Shown: positions 41,676 to 55,684 of the stretch, in pieces | How the letters are laid out: each line of letters starts with the position of its first letter | How positions within the stretch are numbered: position 1 is the stretch's first letter | Source: Octopus sinensis | Taxonomy: Eukaryota | DNA: 64,000 bases | Assembly (NCBI RefSeq): GCF_006345805.1 | Contig: NC_043015.1 | Span: 51,088,001-51,152,000 of the forward strand | Direction: 5' to 3' | Notes under the pieces: generated by a model | Told to the model about the DNA's origin: nothing | Seen by the model: only the letters and a program-made list of their open reading frames with translations | The model's database searches: none | Position numbers and translations under genes: made by a program

Positions 41676-42581
41676 TTATACGTATGTATATATAAATATA
41701 TATGTGTGCATATATATGTGTATATACGTGTATACATACATATGTATATGAATCTATCTATCTATCTATGTGTGTGTATGAATGTATTTATATGTATCTA
41801 TATGTATGTTTATGTGTATATGCATATATACATATGTGTGTGTGTATATATATGTATACGCACACACACACATGTGTGTGTGTATATATACATATATATA
41901 TACACACACACACACACAACCTATTCAAATTAATAAGCATATCACAATAGAAAGGTTACCTTGAGATATTTTATTAACACTTTTCTCAAATATGATATTA
42001 CCGTTTTGTGGAGACGCTGATAATTAAAACCACACATAAACTTTACCTTTGCAAATAAATTATTTCTGATTGCTCAGATTGCAAAGGTCACCAATTAATC
42101 AGCAGAACAAGTCGTTAGTTTAATTGTTTAAATGTTTTTCTCCCAAACGAAGTCTGTTTCTTTGTTCTCTGTTGCAGCGAAACGGGGCCTCTGAGTCATT
42201 TAGTCATTGTGCCTCCACTTAAAGACATTGGAATGTAGGTGATGGTGATGATGATGATGGTGGTAGTGATGATGATGATGATCGTGGTAGTGATGATGAT
42301 GATGATTGTGGTGGTGGTAGTGATGAGGATGATGATGATGATGATGATTGTGGTGGTGGTAGTGATGAGGATGATGATGATGATGACGATGACGATGACG
42401 ACAATGATGATGATGATAATGATGATGATGATGATGTTGGTGGTGGTAGTGATGATGATGATGTTGGTGGTGGTAGTGATGATGATGATGGTAGTAGTGG
42501 TAGTGATGATGATGATGATGGTGGTGTTGGTGGTAGTGATAGTGATGATGATGATAATGATGATGATGGTGGTGGTGGTAG

Positions 42582-42615
<34 letters not shown>

Positions 42616-43282
42616 GGTGGTCATCGTTGAGGGGTGATGGTAGTAGTGGTGACATAGATGATGATGATGACGACGATCATGTTCGTGGTGGTGATGGTGA
42701 TGAAGATGACGACAATGATGATGATGATGATAATGAGGTGGTCGTCGAGGGGTGGTAGTAGTGGTGGTGGTGACGTTGATGGTGATGATCGTGGTGGTGG
42801 TGATGACGATGACAACGATGGTGGTGATGATGTTGGTAGTCGTCGTGAGGTGATGGTGCTAGTGGTGGTGGTGGTGACGCTGGTGATGATAATGAAGGTA
42901 GTGATGGTGAGGATGATGACGACAATGATGATGATGATGGTTGTGCTCTTCAAGGGGTGATGGTGGTAGTGGGGGTGGTGGTGACGTAGATGATGATGAT
43001 GATCGTGGTGATGGTGATAAAGATGACGATAATGATGATGATGATGATGATGGTGGTGGTCGTCAAGCGGTGGTGGTGGTGACGTTGATGATGGTGATGG
43101 TGATGGTGGTCGTCAAGGGATGATGGTGGTAGTAATGGTGGTGGTCATGATGATGATAGTGGTGGTGATGGTGATGACAACAACGACAATGATGATGATG
43201 ATGGTGGTGGTCATCATCGTTGAGAGGAGGTGGTGGTGATGACGACGATGACGATGATAATGATGATGATCATGGTGGTGGT

Positions 43283-43726
43283 TTCTCTTAATAGCAGTTT
43301 CTGTCAATAGCAGTGTTCCACCTTTGAATGAGAACATGTATCCCTGCCCAATAAAATTCTGTTGACTGTTTTTTGAGCCACTTCTTCACTACAGTTTTCA
43401 CTTCCTCATCACTGGAATAATGTTTGCCTCTCAAACCCTCTTTTGTGATGCCAAAGAGATGTTAGTCTGAAGGCGCTAAACCTGGTGAGTGTGGAGGTAG
43501 TGAAGATGTTGCTCAAAGAACAGTCAACAGAATTTTACAGGGCAGGGATACATGCTCTCATTCGAAGGTGGAACATTGCTATTGAGAGAAACAGTGACTA
43601 TGTTGAGAAGTAGGGATGTGATCCACAGAGTACCAGCTTCATTTTGATGTATGATACATGTTCCTGTGTTGGTAATTATACCTGTCCTAAACAAAATGGC
43701 ATTACTTTTTGACTCACCCTCGTATA
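43283..43726. mobile_element. Mariner derivative with inverted duplication of the transposase 3' end
   Basis: Forward: LLKEQSTEFYRAGIHALIRRWNIAIERNSDYVEK* then TIR ..GACTCACCCTCGTA. Reverse at left: KEGLRGKHYSSDEEVKTVVKKWLKKQSTEFYWAGIHVLIQRWN. Confidence 0.85.
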
Positions 43727-43748
43727 TACACACACATATATATATATA

Positions 43749-43864
43749 GGGAGAATTTACAAAAAAAACAACAAAAGACGAAGACAGGTGGTGTACAAAA
43801 CAAACAGATGTATTAGTATAACGCTCAGGAATAGAAAAAGTCTTTTACATTTCGAGCCTACGCT
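43749..43864 (-). mobile_element. Possible Penelope-like terminal remnant with truncated hammerhead 3' half
   Basis: Minus strand AGC-GTAG-GCT-C-GAAA-TGTA (stem II + GAAA + short stem III). The CUGANGA half is missing. Confidence 0.35.
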
Positions 43865-46249
43865 ATGTGTGTTTATAGTTTTGTTTATGCATAAATGTAT
43901 GGGTGAATGAATTCTTCAGAAATTATTTGAAGACACAGATCTGCCAGAGACCTAGACGTGGGTGAGTCGGGGTGGAGTTGGGGTGGGCATTGTAATTATG
44001 ATCATGTTTTAGCAACATCCATAAAGCACAATTTACATATTTTAACATTTCTAAGTTCTGCTTGACTGGTGCGATGTTTCTTTTTATTTGCTCTTTTCTG
44101 ATCGGATGCGGAAATATTGATGGTGATAACGTCATGGGGATACAATTTCATCTTCATATTTTGAATTATATTTTCTCTGTCGTCATCGTCGTCGTCGTCA
44201 TTGTCATTGTGCAAATCATCAGCACCGTAATTGTTGTCGCCATCATCATCATCACTATCATAATCGTCGTCATCAACATCATTGTCATCACAACCATCAT
44301 TGACATCACCAGCATTATCATCATCACCATCATCGCCGCTGTCACCAGAATCATCATTGTCATCATCATTATCATTGTCATCATCATCACACCATCATCA
44401 TAACCACCACCATCACCACCACGATTGCCACTGCCAGCATCATCATTATTGTCAACCTCATCATCACCACCACCATCACCACTATCATCATTGACGTTGC
44501 CGTCATCATCATAACCACCACCACCACCACTGACACTACCAGCATCATTATCATTGTCATCCTCATCACGACGACCATCACCATCACCACTATTACCATT
44601 GACGTTGTCATCATCATCATAACCACCACCATCATCATCATCGCCACTATTGTTCCCATCATCATCATCATCATCATTCCCATAATGTTTGTTATTCTAT
44701 GCCGCCATGATTTACAAGATCGGAACTATGGTAAATTCCCTCTCATCTTAATCTGTTGTCTTCTCACCTGTCAGGTCTTCTACACTTTGTGATCTGACTT
44801 TGTCACTTCTTCTTTCTTGGCGCCAAATACAGAGGAATGGTACAGTCTTGACCAGCAGTTTACATTTTTGTTCCTTCTTTGATCCGTATTCCTCTGTCAC
44901 ATTAAGTCTCCAATGTCTTAGGGAAAGTCATATAATATCACGTTCTTGAAATTTCCTCCTGTCTGAAATTCTGTAAACAAGAATCATGTTGGTGGATACC
45001 GGTAATTAATGGAGACATTTGATAGCAGACAATATTTGGATGCTGAATGGAGAGGAGATGAATGGGAAAATAAAGTGTGAGCCAAAGTGAGTAAGTGAGA
45101 AAAAAAGATTATAATAAAAAATAATCATTTCTAATCTAGGTACAAGGCTCGAAGTGTTGGGGGTGAGGGCCAGTCAATTTGATCTACCCCAGTACACAAC
45201 TGGTACTTAATTTATTAACCCTGAAAGAGATGAAAGGCAAAGTTGACCTCGGTGTAATTTGAACCCAGAATATAAAGACAGACGAAATACTGCTAGGCAT
45301 TTTGCCCAATGTGCCTTTAAATAATCTTTTCTACACTAGGCACCAGGACCAACATTAGATCCACCCCAGTACGCAACTGGTACTTAATTTATTGACCCCG
45401 AAAGGGATGAAAGGCAAAGTCGGAATTTGAACTCAGAACATAAAGACAGACGAAATACCACAAAGCATTTCACCCGGTGTGCTAACGATTCTGCCAGCTG
45501 TCCTTGTTTGTTTCCTGTATGTTTTTTCCCCCTGTGGGCAATAAAGAAATAGATATTTATCATTCATGCGATCACATGACCAACCAGGCTATCAGATGTT
45601 GTTACACATCACTGGTCACAATATGCTTTTTGCATTGTTTTAGCTTTCAAATGACCCCCCCCCCCCCGCCTGCTGGCTAGATGAGCAGGCCACCATTTAC
45701 AGGTTTTCTTGAGTGGACAGCCAGGCCAGCTTTGCTCCATACCACAAAACCACAATGAGATGTAAGGTTTTCATTTAGAGGAGCGGTGATTTGCCAGATT
45801 GCTGTTATGCATGTATGAAGTTGGTTCCAATGTTGGAGCCAACTTTGATCAAATCTTTATATATATTATTGGCAGTGACTTCAAGTAAGGCATTGTCATC
45901 TGTCTTACAATCGCTTAACTGGCCGAAACTTTGAAGTCCCTGTCAACAACATTCTAGTTTAAGAATAATAAATTTATACTCTACAAAAGTATAGAGTAAC
46001 CCATCAGATTAATGTAAAATTGTTTTTGTTATAACTGAACATAAAACAAACAGGAATATATCTTTATATACTTACGTAAAATTTAGGACATGTGAGAAAA
46101 AAAATGCATTTGAAGATTGCTATTATGCTTTCCACATTTACACTTTTGTTTCTTTATCTGTACATTAAACACAGAAGAATCTTCCTATTTATTCTTCCTG
46201 GTTTTGACTTGATAGTTGTGTGTTCAGGACAAGAAATTTGGCGCCAATG

Positions 46250-46513
46250 GATCCAGTTCATAAATCCGTCTGCAATTCCACTCTTTGATCATGGAAGAAT
46301 AAGTCTGAGATCTTTGTTTCTGCAATAACCTCGTGGAAAAAAACAAAAGCTCCGAATAAAGTTTGATGCCAAGAATTTTGGAGCAGACAGATCCAGTTCA
46401 TAAATCCGTCTGCAATTCCACGGTCTTTGATCATGAAAGAATATGTCTGAGATCTTTGTTTCTGCGATAACCTTGTGGAAAACATAAGCTCCAAATAAAG
46501 TTCAATGCAATTC
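46250..46513. repeat. 140-bp tandem duplication
   Basis: GATCCAGTTCATAAATCCGTCTGCAATTCCAC starts at 46250 and 46390. Confidence 0.9.
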
Positions 46514-47398
46514 TTTACCTTCGCACACAACAAAGCTCTGATTATTTTGGTTTCACTTCAGTTGCTGGTTTTTTTAATCTGTCTCGCAGATCAGAGAAAT
46601 TTTGTAATTAATGTAGTTGCATTTATTTATTTATTTATTTATTCATTTACCCCACCCCCTTCATTCTAGCTTCCCATCAATCCATCTATTTATTTATTCA
46701 GCTCTATCATCATCATAACCATCATCATCATTCTCGTTGCCAATGTCATTGTCTTAGAGATTGTCGTTGTCAACAGCACTTTTGAATTGATTAGCACAAA
46801 AGGTAAACAAAAGTTGAAACAATGTAACACTGTCACCATACAGCAAATAAAACTGTTTTTGCCTATGGTTTTCCTTACTTCCACCTGCTATTTACTCACT
46901 TGATCAATACCCAAGACACTTTCTATTTACAAAATTCCTAAGCAGCTGAGAAAGACAAAACAATAAATAGAGGCAGAATATGACTTTCAATATACTTGTA
47001 ATATTTTAAAGCAGGTTGTTTGTATTGTAATATATATAATATATTATATATGTATATATATGTATATATATGTATATGTATAATAATGTGTGTGTGTGTG
47101 TGTAGTGTGTGTGTATATATGTATATATATCTGTGTGTGTTTATGTGTATATATATGTGTGTGTATGTGTGTGTGTATGTGTATATATATATGTGTGTGT
47201 GTGTATGTGTGTGTTTGTGGTGTGTATGGTATATGTGATATGTATGTAATTCTACTATGTGTTCTACGTATGTATATTTGTATTAATATGATATATGTAA
47301 TACTATATAACTTATATAAGACTATATGTCCTTACATGTATATATATGTGTATATATTTATCTAAGTACATATGTGTATAAATATATGCATATTATGT

Positions 47399-47438
<40 letters not shown>

Positions 47439-47446
47439 CATGTATG

Positions 47447-47486
<40 letters not shown>

Positions 47487-47743
47487 TAAATATCTGTGTG
47501 GTGTATGTGTATATATATGTGTGTGGTGTGGTGTGTGTATGTGTATATATGTGTGTGTGTGTGTGTTGTGTGTGTGTGTGTATGTGTATATATATGTATG
47601 TATATCTATGTGTCTACGTATGTATATGTGTATATATGTATATATGATACGTATAAATGTATATGTATATATGTACTTACATGTATATATATGTGTGTAT
47701 ATATTTATATAAGTACATATGTGTATATATATATATGCATATG

Positions 47744-47791
<48 letters not shown>

Positions 47792-48410
47792 CTGTATGTA
47801 TATATGTGTGTGTGTTTGTATATATGTACGTATGCATGTATTGATATACTCCACTAGAAGCGTGGTTCTTTTGAAGGAATCAATAGAAAGTGTTATTTCG
47901 ACAGAATAAAGAAATACACAGCTTCCAACATAAACAAGCATTTCTTCACAAAGAGGTAAACTGCTGCGCTTACTTAATGAATGTTCTGTTATTCTTTAGG
48001 TCAGAAGATAAATATTGTTATTCCAGATTTTGCTTTTCTTTTCCTCCCCACCACATCTATTCTATTATCAAACAAGAAACCTGATGGCTCAGCTAACTCT
48101 GCTTTCTGAAATGTTTGTTTTTGAGGTACTCATTTAAAAAACAACAATCTAGGCAGAGAATTCATTTACTGTTTCTTCTGTTATTTGTTTGTTAATTTCT
48201 AAAGCATTTTATTTCAAAGATGCAAAGTCTGCATTTCAAGAACTCAAAGTTCACGTCAGAAAGTTGCTCAATCAAAAGTGTGTCTTTCTAAAATAGGCCA
48301 AATTAAAAAATTTATTGTCATTTGGAAGTCTTCTTTTAGCAAGTGATTTTTTTCCCCATTTTTTTTTTTTCGTTAACCTTTTGCTACTCAAACCGACCAT
48401 ATCTGGCACT

Positions 48411-48696
48411 GGAGGCACATGGCCTAGTGGTTAGAGCAGCGGACTCGCGGACGAGGGATCGCGGGTTCGAATCTCAGACCAGTCAATGTGTATGTTTATG
48501 AGCGAAACACCTAAGCTCCATGCGGCTCCGGCAGAAGGTAATGGCAAACTTCTGCTGACTCTTTTGCCACAACTTTCTCTCTCTTTTCTTCTGCAACGGA
48601 CCGGCGTCCCATCCAGGTGGGGAACCTATACGCCAAGAAACTGGGAAACCGGCCCTTATGAGCCAGGCATGGTTCGAGAAGGAACAAACAACAACA
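48411..48696 (+). mobile_element. tRNA-derived SINE family C, intact with TSD
   Basis: A box TGGCCTAGTGG, B box GGTTCGAATCT, (AAC)n tail. 12-bp TSD ATATCTGGCACT at 48399-48410 and 48697-48708. Nested in a piggyBac-like MITE. Confidence 0.9.
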
Positions 48697-49172
48697 ATAT
48701 CTGGCACTAATAGTTTACCTGTTTAATTTTCAAACTGACCAGATCCAGCCTCTCACACCTACCCTACAATGTCATTCTAAAAATAAACAATCACATCATT
48801 AAAATATCAAAGCTATGAGATAATGCAGGCTTGATTCAAAACAAGGTGAATAAATTAGCATTAAATTTGATGCAGCATGGAATTTTGTCAGTGAACAGGT
48901 TGAGGTCTCAAAGTGACAAAAATATTTTGGCAAATTAAACTTAAATGTTGAAGTGAATCTAATGGATTCACTTTAACATTTAAAACAATTCCACGCTGCA
49001 ATTGTTTTCATTCCAGCATGTGATCTCAGATCAGTTCACTTGCTATGCAAGTACATATCTGTAAATTTGACTGAGTTTGTTGAAAAATGTATATTAGTGA
49101 CAGGCGCTGGTGTCACAATTAGCCAACGAGCTTCTTAATTAATTCGACTGAATAATCTGAATACTAAAAGGT

Positions 49173-49584
49173 TACTCTTTTACTTGTTTCAATCATTTGA
49201 CTGCGGCCATGCTGGAGCACTGCCTTTAGTTGAAGAAATCGACCCCAAGACTTATTCTTTGTAAGCCTAGTACTTATTCTATTGGTCTCTTTTGCTGAAC
49301 CGCTAAGTGATGGAGACATAAACACACCAGCATTGGTTGTCAAGCGATGTTGGTGGACAAACACAGACACACAAACATACACACATACACACACACACAC
49401 ACGTATATATATGTATATATATATATATGATGGGCTTCTTTCAGTTTCCGTCTACCAAATCCACTCACAAGGCTTTGGTCAGCCCGAGGCTATAGTAGAA
49501 GACACTTGCCCAAGATGCCATGCAGTGGGACTGAACCCGGAACCATGTGGTTGGTAAGCAAGCTATTTACCACACAGCCACTCA
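49173..49584 (-). mobile_element. SINE family A, near full length
   Basis: Close match to the 7044-7427 copy. Confidence 0.9.
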
Positions 49585-49910
49585 TAAAGAAAAAATTATT
49601 AAATAGTGCAATACAGTAGTATTGGTTCCCAGGTTAAAGTATATATATATACAGTGAAGCTTTACTATAGCATTGTATATTATCAAACGGTATTTCCAGT
49701 AAATATTGGTGCATTGTTGTACTGCTAACTTATATTTATACTTTAACCTTATGGTGCTTTGTTTTACTGGGAAGCAATACTACTGTATAGCACTATTTAA
49801 TAATATTTTCTTTGGAAACTTTTTCACCGTTCTCGGTCTGTTAATGGCCAAGTGCTCAGATGAGTATACACTGGCATTGATGGAGCGACATTTGAAATTT
49901 TGTCTAGGTG

Positions 49911-49986
49911 AATCTAGCTGAAGAGAACCAATCAAATTTACATTAACAAGCATAATTTGGGAAGATCGAAACCTAAGTCCTAGATT
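49911..49986 (+). ncRNA. Type I hammerhead ribozyme motif (HHR-4)
   Basis: Perfect 7-bp stem I AATCTAG/CTAGATT. CTGAAGA 49918-49924. Stem II G-C, A-U plus TCAAATT/AATTTGG. GAAA 49968-49971. Stem III AC-CTAA-GT. Canonical GUC triplet (cut 49979/49980). Confidence 0.82.
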
Positions 49987-50328
49987 ATCCACCTCTGGAT
50001 TCTTACATTTGTTTAATGTTCTTCCTACAGAGATGATGAAATTTTTTATGTTTGTCGCCCATAAACATTTTTGCTAGTATATGTATATATACAGTGAGGC
50101 TTTACTATAGTATAGTATATTATTGACTGCTATTTCCAGTAAATATTGATGCATTGTTGTACCACTATCTTATATATATATATATATATATATATATGTC
50201 ACTGAAATTTTTTCCTTGCATAAAAGTTTCATAAGCCTATGCTCTGCTAAAAAGTATGTGTGAATTTATGTGTATGCATGTATGTATATTGATGTATGCT
50301 TGTATATATGTAGATATATGTATATATA

Positions 50329-50375
<47 letters not shown>

Positions 50376-50423
50376 GTATGTATATGTTTATATGTGTATA
50401 TATATGTAATGTATGTATATATA

Positions 50424-50472
<49 letters not shown>

Positions 50473-50717
50473 GTATATATATGTTTATATGTGTATATAT
50501 ATGTAATGTCTGTATATATATATATTATATATATATATTATATATGTATGTGTGTGTGTGTGTATACACACTCAGTCACACCCACTCACATACATCAAAT
50601 ACATGTAGACCAGCTTCAAAGCTTTGACCCACCCTGTGGCTGCAGTTGATTGGCTGAAGCTTCTGAAATAATGTGTATTTGTTTTTATTTTTTTTATTGT
50701 GTGTGTGTGTTTATATA

Positions 50718-50768
<51 letters not shown>

Positions 50769-50820
50769 CAACACCTTTGTATATACATGTTTATTCCATG
50801 AACTTGCAAAACACATACCT

Positions 50821-50863
<43 letters not shown>

Positions 50864-51535
50864 AGTCTGGAAGAGGGGATGTTAAAATGATTATGATGTT
50901 TTGTCCATGTGTATCTCCTTGTAGACATACCTTGTAATACTTTTATTCCTGGTCTTGCATCCTATTTTGTTTTCTTTGTTTTTTTTCCACTCCATCCCTA
51001 ATAAACCATGGTACTTTACCTGCGAAATATTTCTACAGCGAAAACCCTCTGAGATTAAATCTGTCCTGATATCATTTCATTGCCGAAACTCCACTCAAGC
51101 ACTACCTGAAGCTCTGCTCTTCATTCATGATAAATGAGTGCAAGAACTATAATCAATTAAGCTAATGTCTGTCCACAGTTGGAGCATGGTTCCACAGCAC
51201 CATATCAAAGCTACATTAGCTATGAAGTTAGATTCTTCAAGCATCATATAAAAGAGACGAGTCTCATCTCAGAAATGGACCAATATGATTTTGGATACTT
51301 TTAGATAAATCATTTGGATAGGTGGTGGTTTTTTTTTGGGTATTGTTGATATTATTTTATTAGTTTTCTTTTTTTTTTTTTTTTGTTGTTGATTGTTTTT
51401 TTATTTTCTGTATTTGAGTCTGATTGAAGACACATTTTTTTTTTGTTCCGGTTCCTACTGGTTGCATCAATATTTCAGTTCTGACAAATATTCCCTTTTG
51501 AAATTCTCTTTCATACTCACATGCAGACATAGGCA

Positions 51536-51578
<43 letters not shown>

Positions 51579-51878
51579 CACACACATATATTATATATAA
51601 TATATATATATATAATATATATATATATATACACACATATATATATTATATATATATATACACACATATATATATTATATATACAACACATTATATTATA
51701 TACATACATGCATATATATACATACAATACACACATAGATTTATATAGTATATTATATATAATATGTATATATACATACACATATATATACATACATGCA
51801 TATATATACATACAAATACACACATAGATTTATATATATTTATATATATATATATATACTTACATACACAGACACACG

Positions 51879-51914
<36 letters not shown>

Positions 51915-54900
51915 CACACACACACACCACACATATATATATACATACATACACACAGAAACATGTGTATATGTGTGTGTGTATATGTATGCACAAACAC
52001 ATGAATGTATTTGTACACTTAGCCATGCATGTGTGTTTATGTATGTATTTATGTGTGTGTATGTATAAATAAATAAGCAAAACAACTTACCTAACCTGAA
52101 CAAACACAAGAGGCAACCCTAAGCACTTCTGGTGATTTTTTCTCTACATATTTTCCTTATACATTCCCTTGTGCATTGCCAGAAGGTGCTGACATGGCTG
52201 TCTGGTTGAAAGGCACGACTTTTTGGCCACCATATGATTTTGGGTTCAGTTTCACAGCACAGCACCTTGAGCAAGTGCCTTCTGCTATAGCTCTGGGCTG
52301 ACCAATGCCTTCTTAGTGAAATTGGTACATGGAACCTGTTTCGAATCCCTTCATATATGTATGCATGTGTCTTTGTTTGTCTCTCCACCACTCTCTGACA
52401 ACCGGTGTTGGTTTGTTTACATCCACGTACCTTAGTGGTTTGACAAAAAGGGACCAATACAATACGTACCAGACGTCAAGAAAGAAATTGGCACTCGGTT
52501 TGATTTGTTTGATTAAAAGCCCTACAGTTCTGTCAGAGAAACAAGTGTGAGTTCTTTGTTTCCCCCACATGTTTGCTTATATGTGAAGTTATTTATTGTT
52601 CATCATCATCATCATCATTGTTGTTGAGCATCTGCTTTCCATGCCGGCATGGGTTCGACGGTTTGACTGAGGACTGGCAAGTCAGGAAGCTACACTAGGC
52701 GCCATTCTGATCTGGCAAGGTTTCTACAGCTGGATACCCTTCATTACACCAACCACTCCGAGAGTATAGTGGGTGCTTTCTGTGTGCCACTGGCACAAGG
52801 GCCAGTCAGACAGTACCGGCAATGACCACACTCAAATGGTGTTTTTTACATGCCACCTGCACAAGAGCCAGTCCGGCAGCACTGTAATTAATGAGAGATA
52901 GAGGATGGAAGATACGAGAATCTTTATTGATCAATACAATTGTTTTGACCCCTCTAGCATCAATCACTCATTGGTGGGATACTGCTCCACTGGTTTAGCT
53001 ATATCTCTCAGTGTAGATGTGTCTCCTCAGGTGATTTCAATAAGCATCTCATTAAAATAAACTCTATTTCACATAACTTATTTCTGCATGTTTTTTTCTT
53101 GGTCTTCATATATAGAAATGGCAAATTACAGGATACAGCTTCATTTTTATAGAAGATCCTTAACAAAGATGAGAAAGAAAAAGAAATGAATACACAACAC
53201 AGTGAAAAATATTATTACATATAACCGTTAGTAGATATAGATATACAAATGCCCACACATATGCGGTGTGATGTATGTACTCTTGTTTGTACAAACACAC
53301 ATGCACATATAAGCACACACACACACACACATGTGGTCTGGTACACATATGCTCGTACACAGAATTATGTAGGTATCAATAAAATCAGTACCCAATTTTT
53401 GAAAAGTAAAAATTTTGTATTATGCAGCTTGTTATTCTCTTTAAGTGAACATTTTTCTGATTGAAATAAACCGAAAAATGGCGACACAGCTGTAAAAAAA
53501 ATCATAAAAAATAGGGATTTTCATAGAAAAAAAGGATCTTTTTGATGTAAATAATTTTTGGTGTTAACATGGTCTGATTTGAATTTTTTCTGCTACGAAA
53601 TGAAGAGCAAGCCTTCTTCTATAATACTCTTAATTTTGGTCAACTTGCACCACAGGGTCTCAAAGGAGATAGTGCTAGTTGAAGGCTACCAAACCTGCCA
53701 CATACAGACAACTTCAGCTTTATATATAAAGATAGGCATGTGTATGTACAGAATTGTGCATGAATATGCAACCTTGTAGGCACTGCTAGACGAATCAGAC
53801 TCACATGCGGAAGACACAAGAATGTTATGTAGTAGATGAGGTGGCAAATACAGTTACACAATGTAATGTTGAAACAACGAAATGACTTAAATTCACATCA
53901 ATTCTGTGTACATAGTCTCTGATTTTATATACCATTTAGTCACATGGATTGTATATGCAGTCCATAATGGCATGCATATACAGTCTAGAGTGGTGTGTAG
54001 AGTAGATGGGTTGTTTTTGAATGAATGGCTAGTTAAGCAACTGAGAACCTGTAGAAAACATCAGTGTCAGGGTGAGGATATCCAGTGTAGTTACACGTAG
54101 GTTTGTTGTGTTTTCATTCCATGGATAGCGATACGTATTGAGAGACACAAGTTGGTATTTGCCTCACTTTAAGCGATATACCAAGGCCAAGGTATATCTC
54201 AGTGGTGTTGGTAACTAGTGTGGCATAGTGTTTATAAGAATGGCGAGGTTGTGGTTATTCATCTGTACAATTAGGTAAAGTATGATTATTAATTTACTCA
54301 ATGATTACCCTAATTCATGCCCATTGTATTGTGCAACAGTGCATTTAGTTGCATGCAAGTATCTTGTTAGTCTTTCTGAAATCTTATTAACGAGCTTCTA
54401 ATTGGTCCACAAAATGCAGAGCAATACTTCAGAGCATAGTCTGCATCCTGGAAAGGACATTGTATGGTTGTGTATGTCTTATTATGGACCACATGAGATC
54501 ATATTTAATGTTCCTTTTCAATTGGCATACAAAATCAGCCAAAGATTTTGAGTGCCTCTTGTTGATTTTATTGAAGCTGGTGACATGGTTTCCATGTCAG
54601 TTCTTGAACTAATCAGCCATTGAACCAGTTTAAACTTGTGTGTACAGTGCATTTACATGCAACATTTGTACTCATACAGATGTTCATCAATGGATATTTT
54701 GCTTTTTCTCTGCATGAGCATTTGTTAGATTTTGTTGCATGTAAAATGCTGCTGAAACAGATGTTAGTTCTGAACCTCACTTGTGTTCTTTTTTGATATA
54801 TATATATAGACACACACACCCATATACAAACACACACACACTCACATACACTTCTTTTTCACAGAATTCCTGTTATCTTTCTGGTATCATCAGTTTCTTG

Positions 54901-55644
54901 CTGAATGATCTGCATTCATTCATTCAACAGAAATTTGACGTATAATTAATGACATTCCACCATTCATTTGACAGAAGGGTTATTTGTTGGCGCTCTCACC
55001 AAATCAGTATCATTGTTACTCCAAACTCTGCTTGAATAAATGTAGGTTGCCATGCAAGAAACCTATGGTATCAGAGAGATAATGCAATTCTATTGTAGGC
55101 ATAGGTATGTGGTGAAAAAGGAGCCATGTAGTTTTGGGTTCAGTCCCACTATGTGGCATCTTGGGCAAGTTTTCTCTGCTATAGCCCTGGATTCATCTAT
55201 ATCATCTGAGCGAAGTTGAAAAGAGAACAATTCAAACATTTTGAGAGGTCCAAAAAGAGAGAAAGAATGATTTCTAATAAAGATTCATCATATTCATAAA
55301 AAAAAAACAGCCAGAGCAAGTAATAAGTATATGAAAATGGTAGTTGAAAAATATTGTTATAGGTATAAAAATACCATAAACAAATATAGAAAAATTGAGG
55401 AGAAAAAGATATTGAATCAAAATTAGATTTGATATAAAATAACGGTATTTTCCAACTATAATATATATATATATAAGCACCCACTACACTCACGGAGTGG
55501 TTGGCGTTAGGAAGGGCATCCAGCTGTAGAAACATTGCCAGATAAGACTGGAGCCTGGTGCAGCCTTCTGGCTTCCCAGATCCCCGGTCGAACCGTCCAA
55601 CCCATGCTAGCATGGAGAACGGACGTTAAACGATGATGATGATG

Positions 55645-55684
<40 letters not shown>

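Noticed and set aside
42178-42240. Strong + strand acceptor (tttgttctctgttgcag) as the next IFT80 exon
   Set aside because: Stops in all frames and no IFT80 similarity.
48411-48485. tRNA gene
   Set aside because: tRNA-like head continues into a SINE body, with tail and TSD; no complete cloverleaf.
54860-54910. Minus-strand CTGATGA-TACCA-GAAA
   Set aside because: No valid NUH site or stem I.
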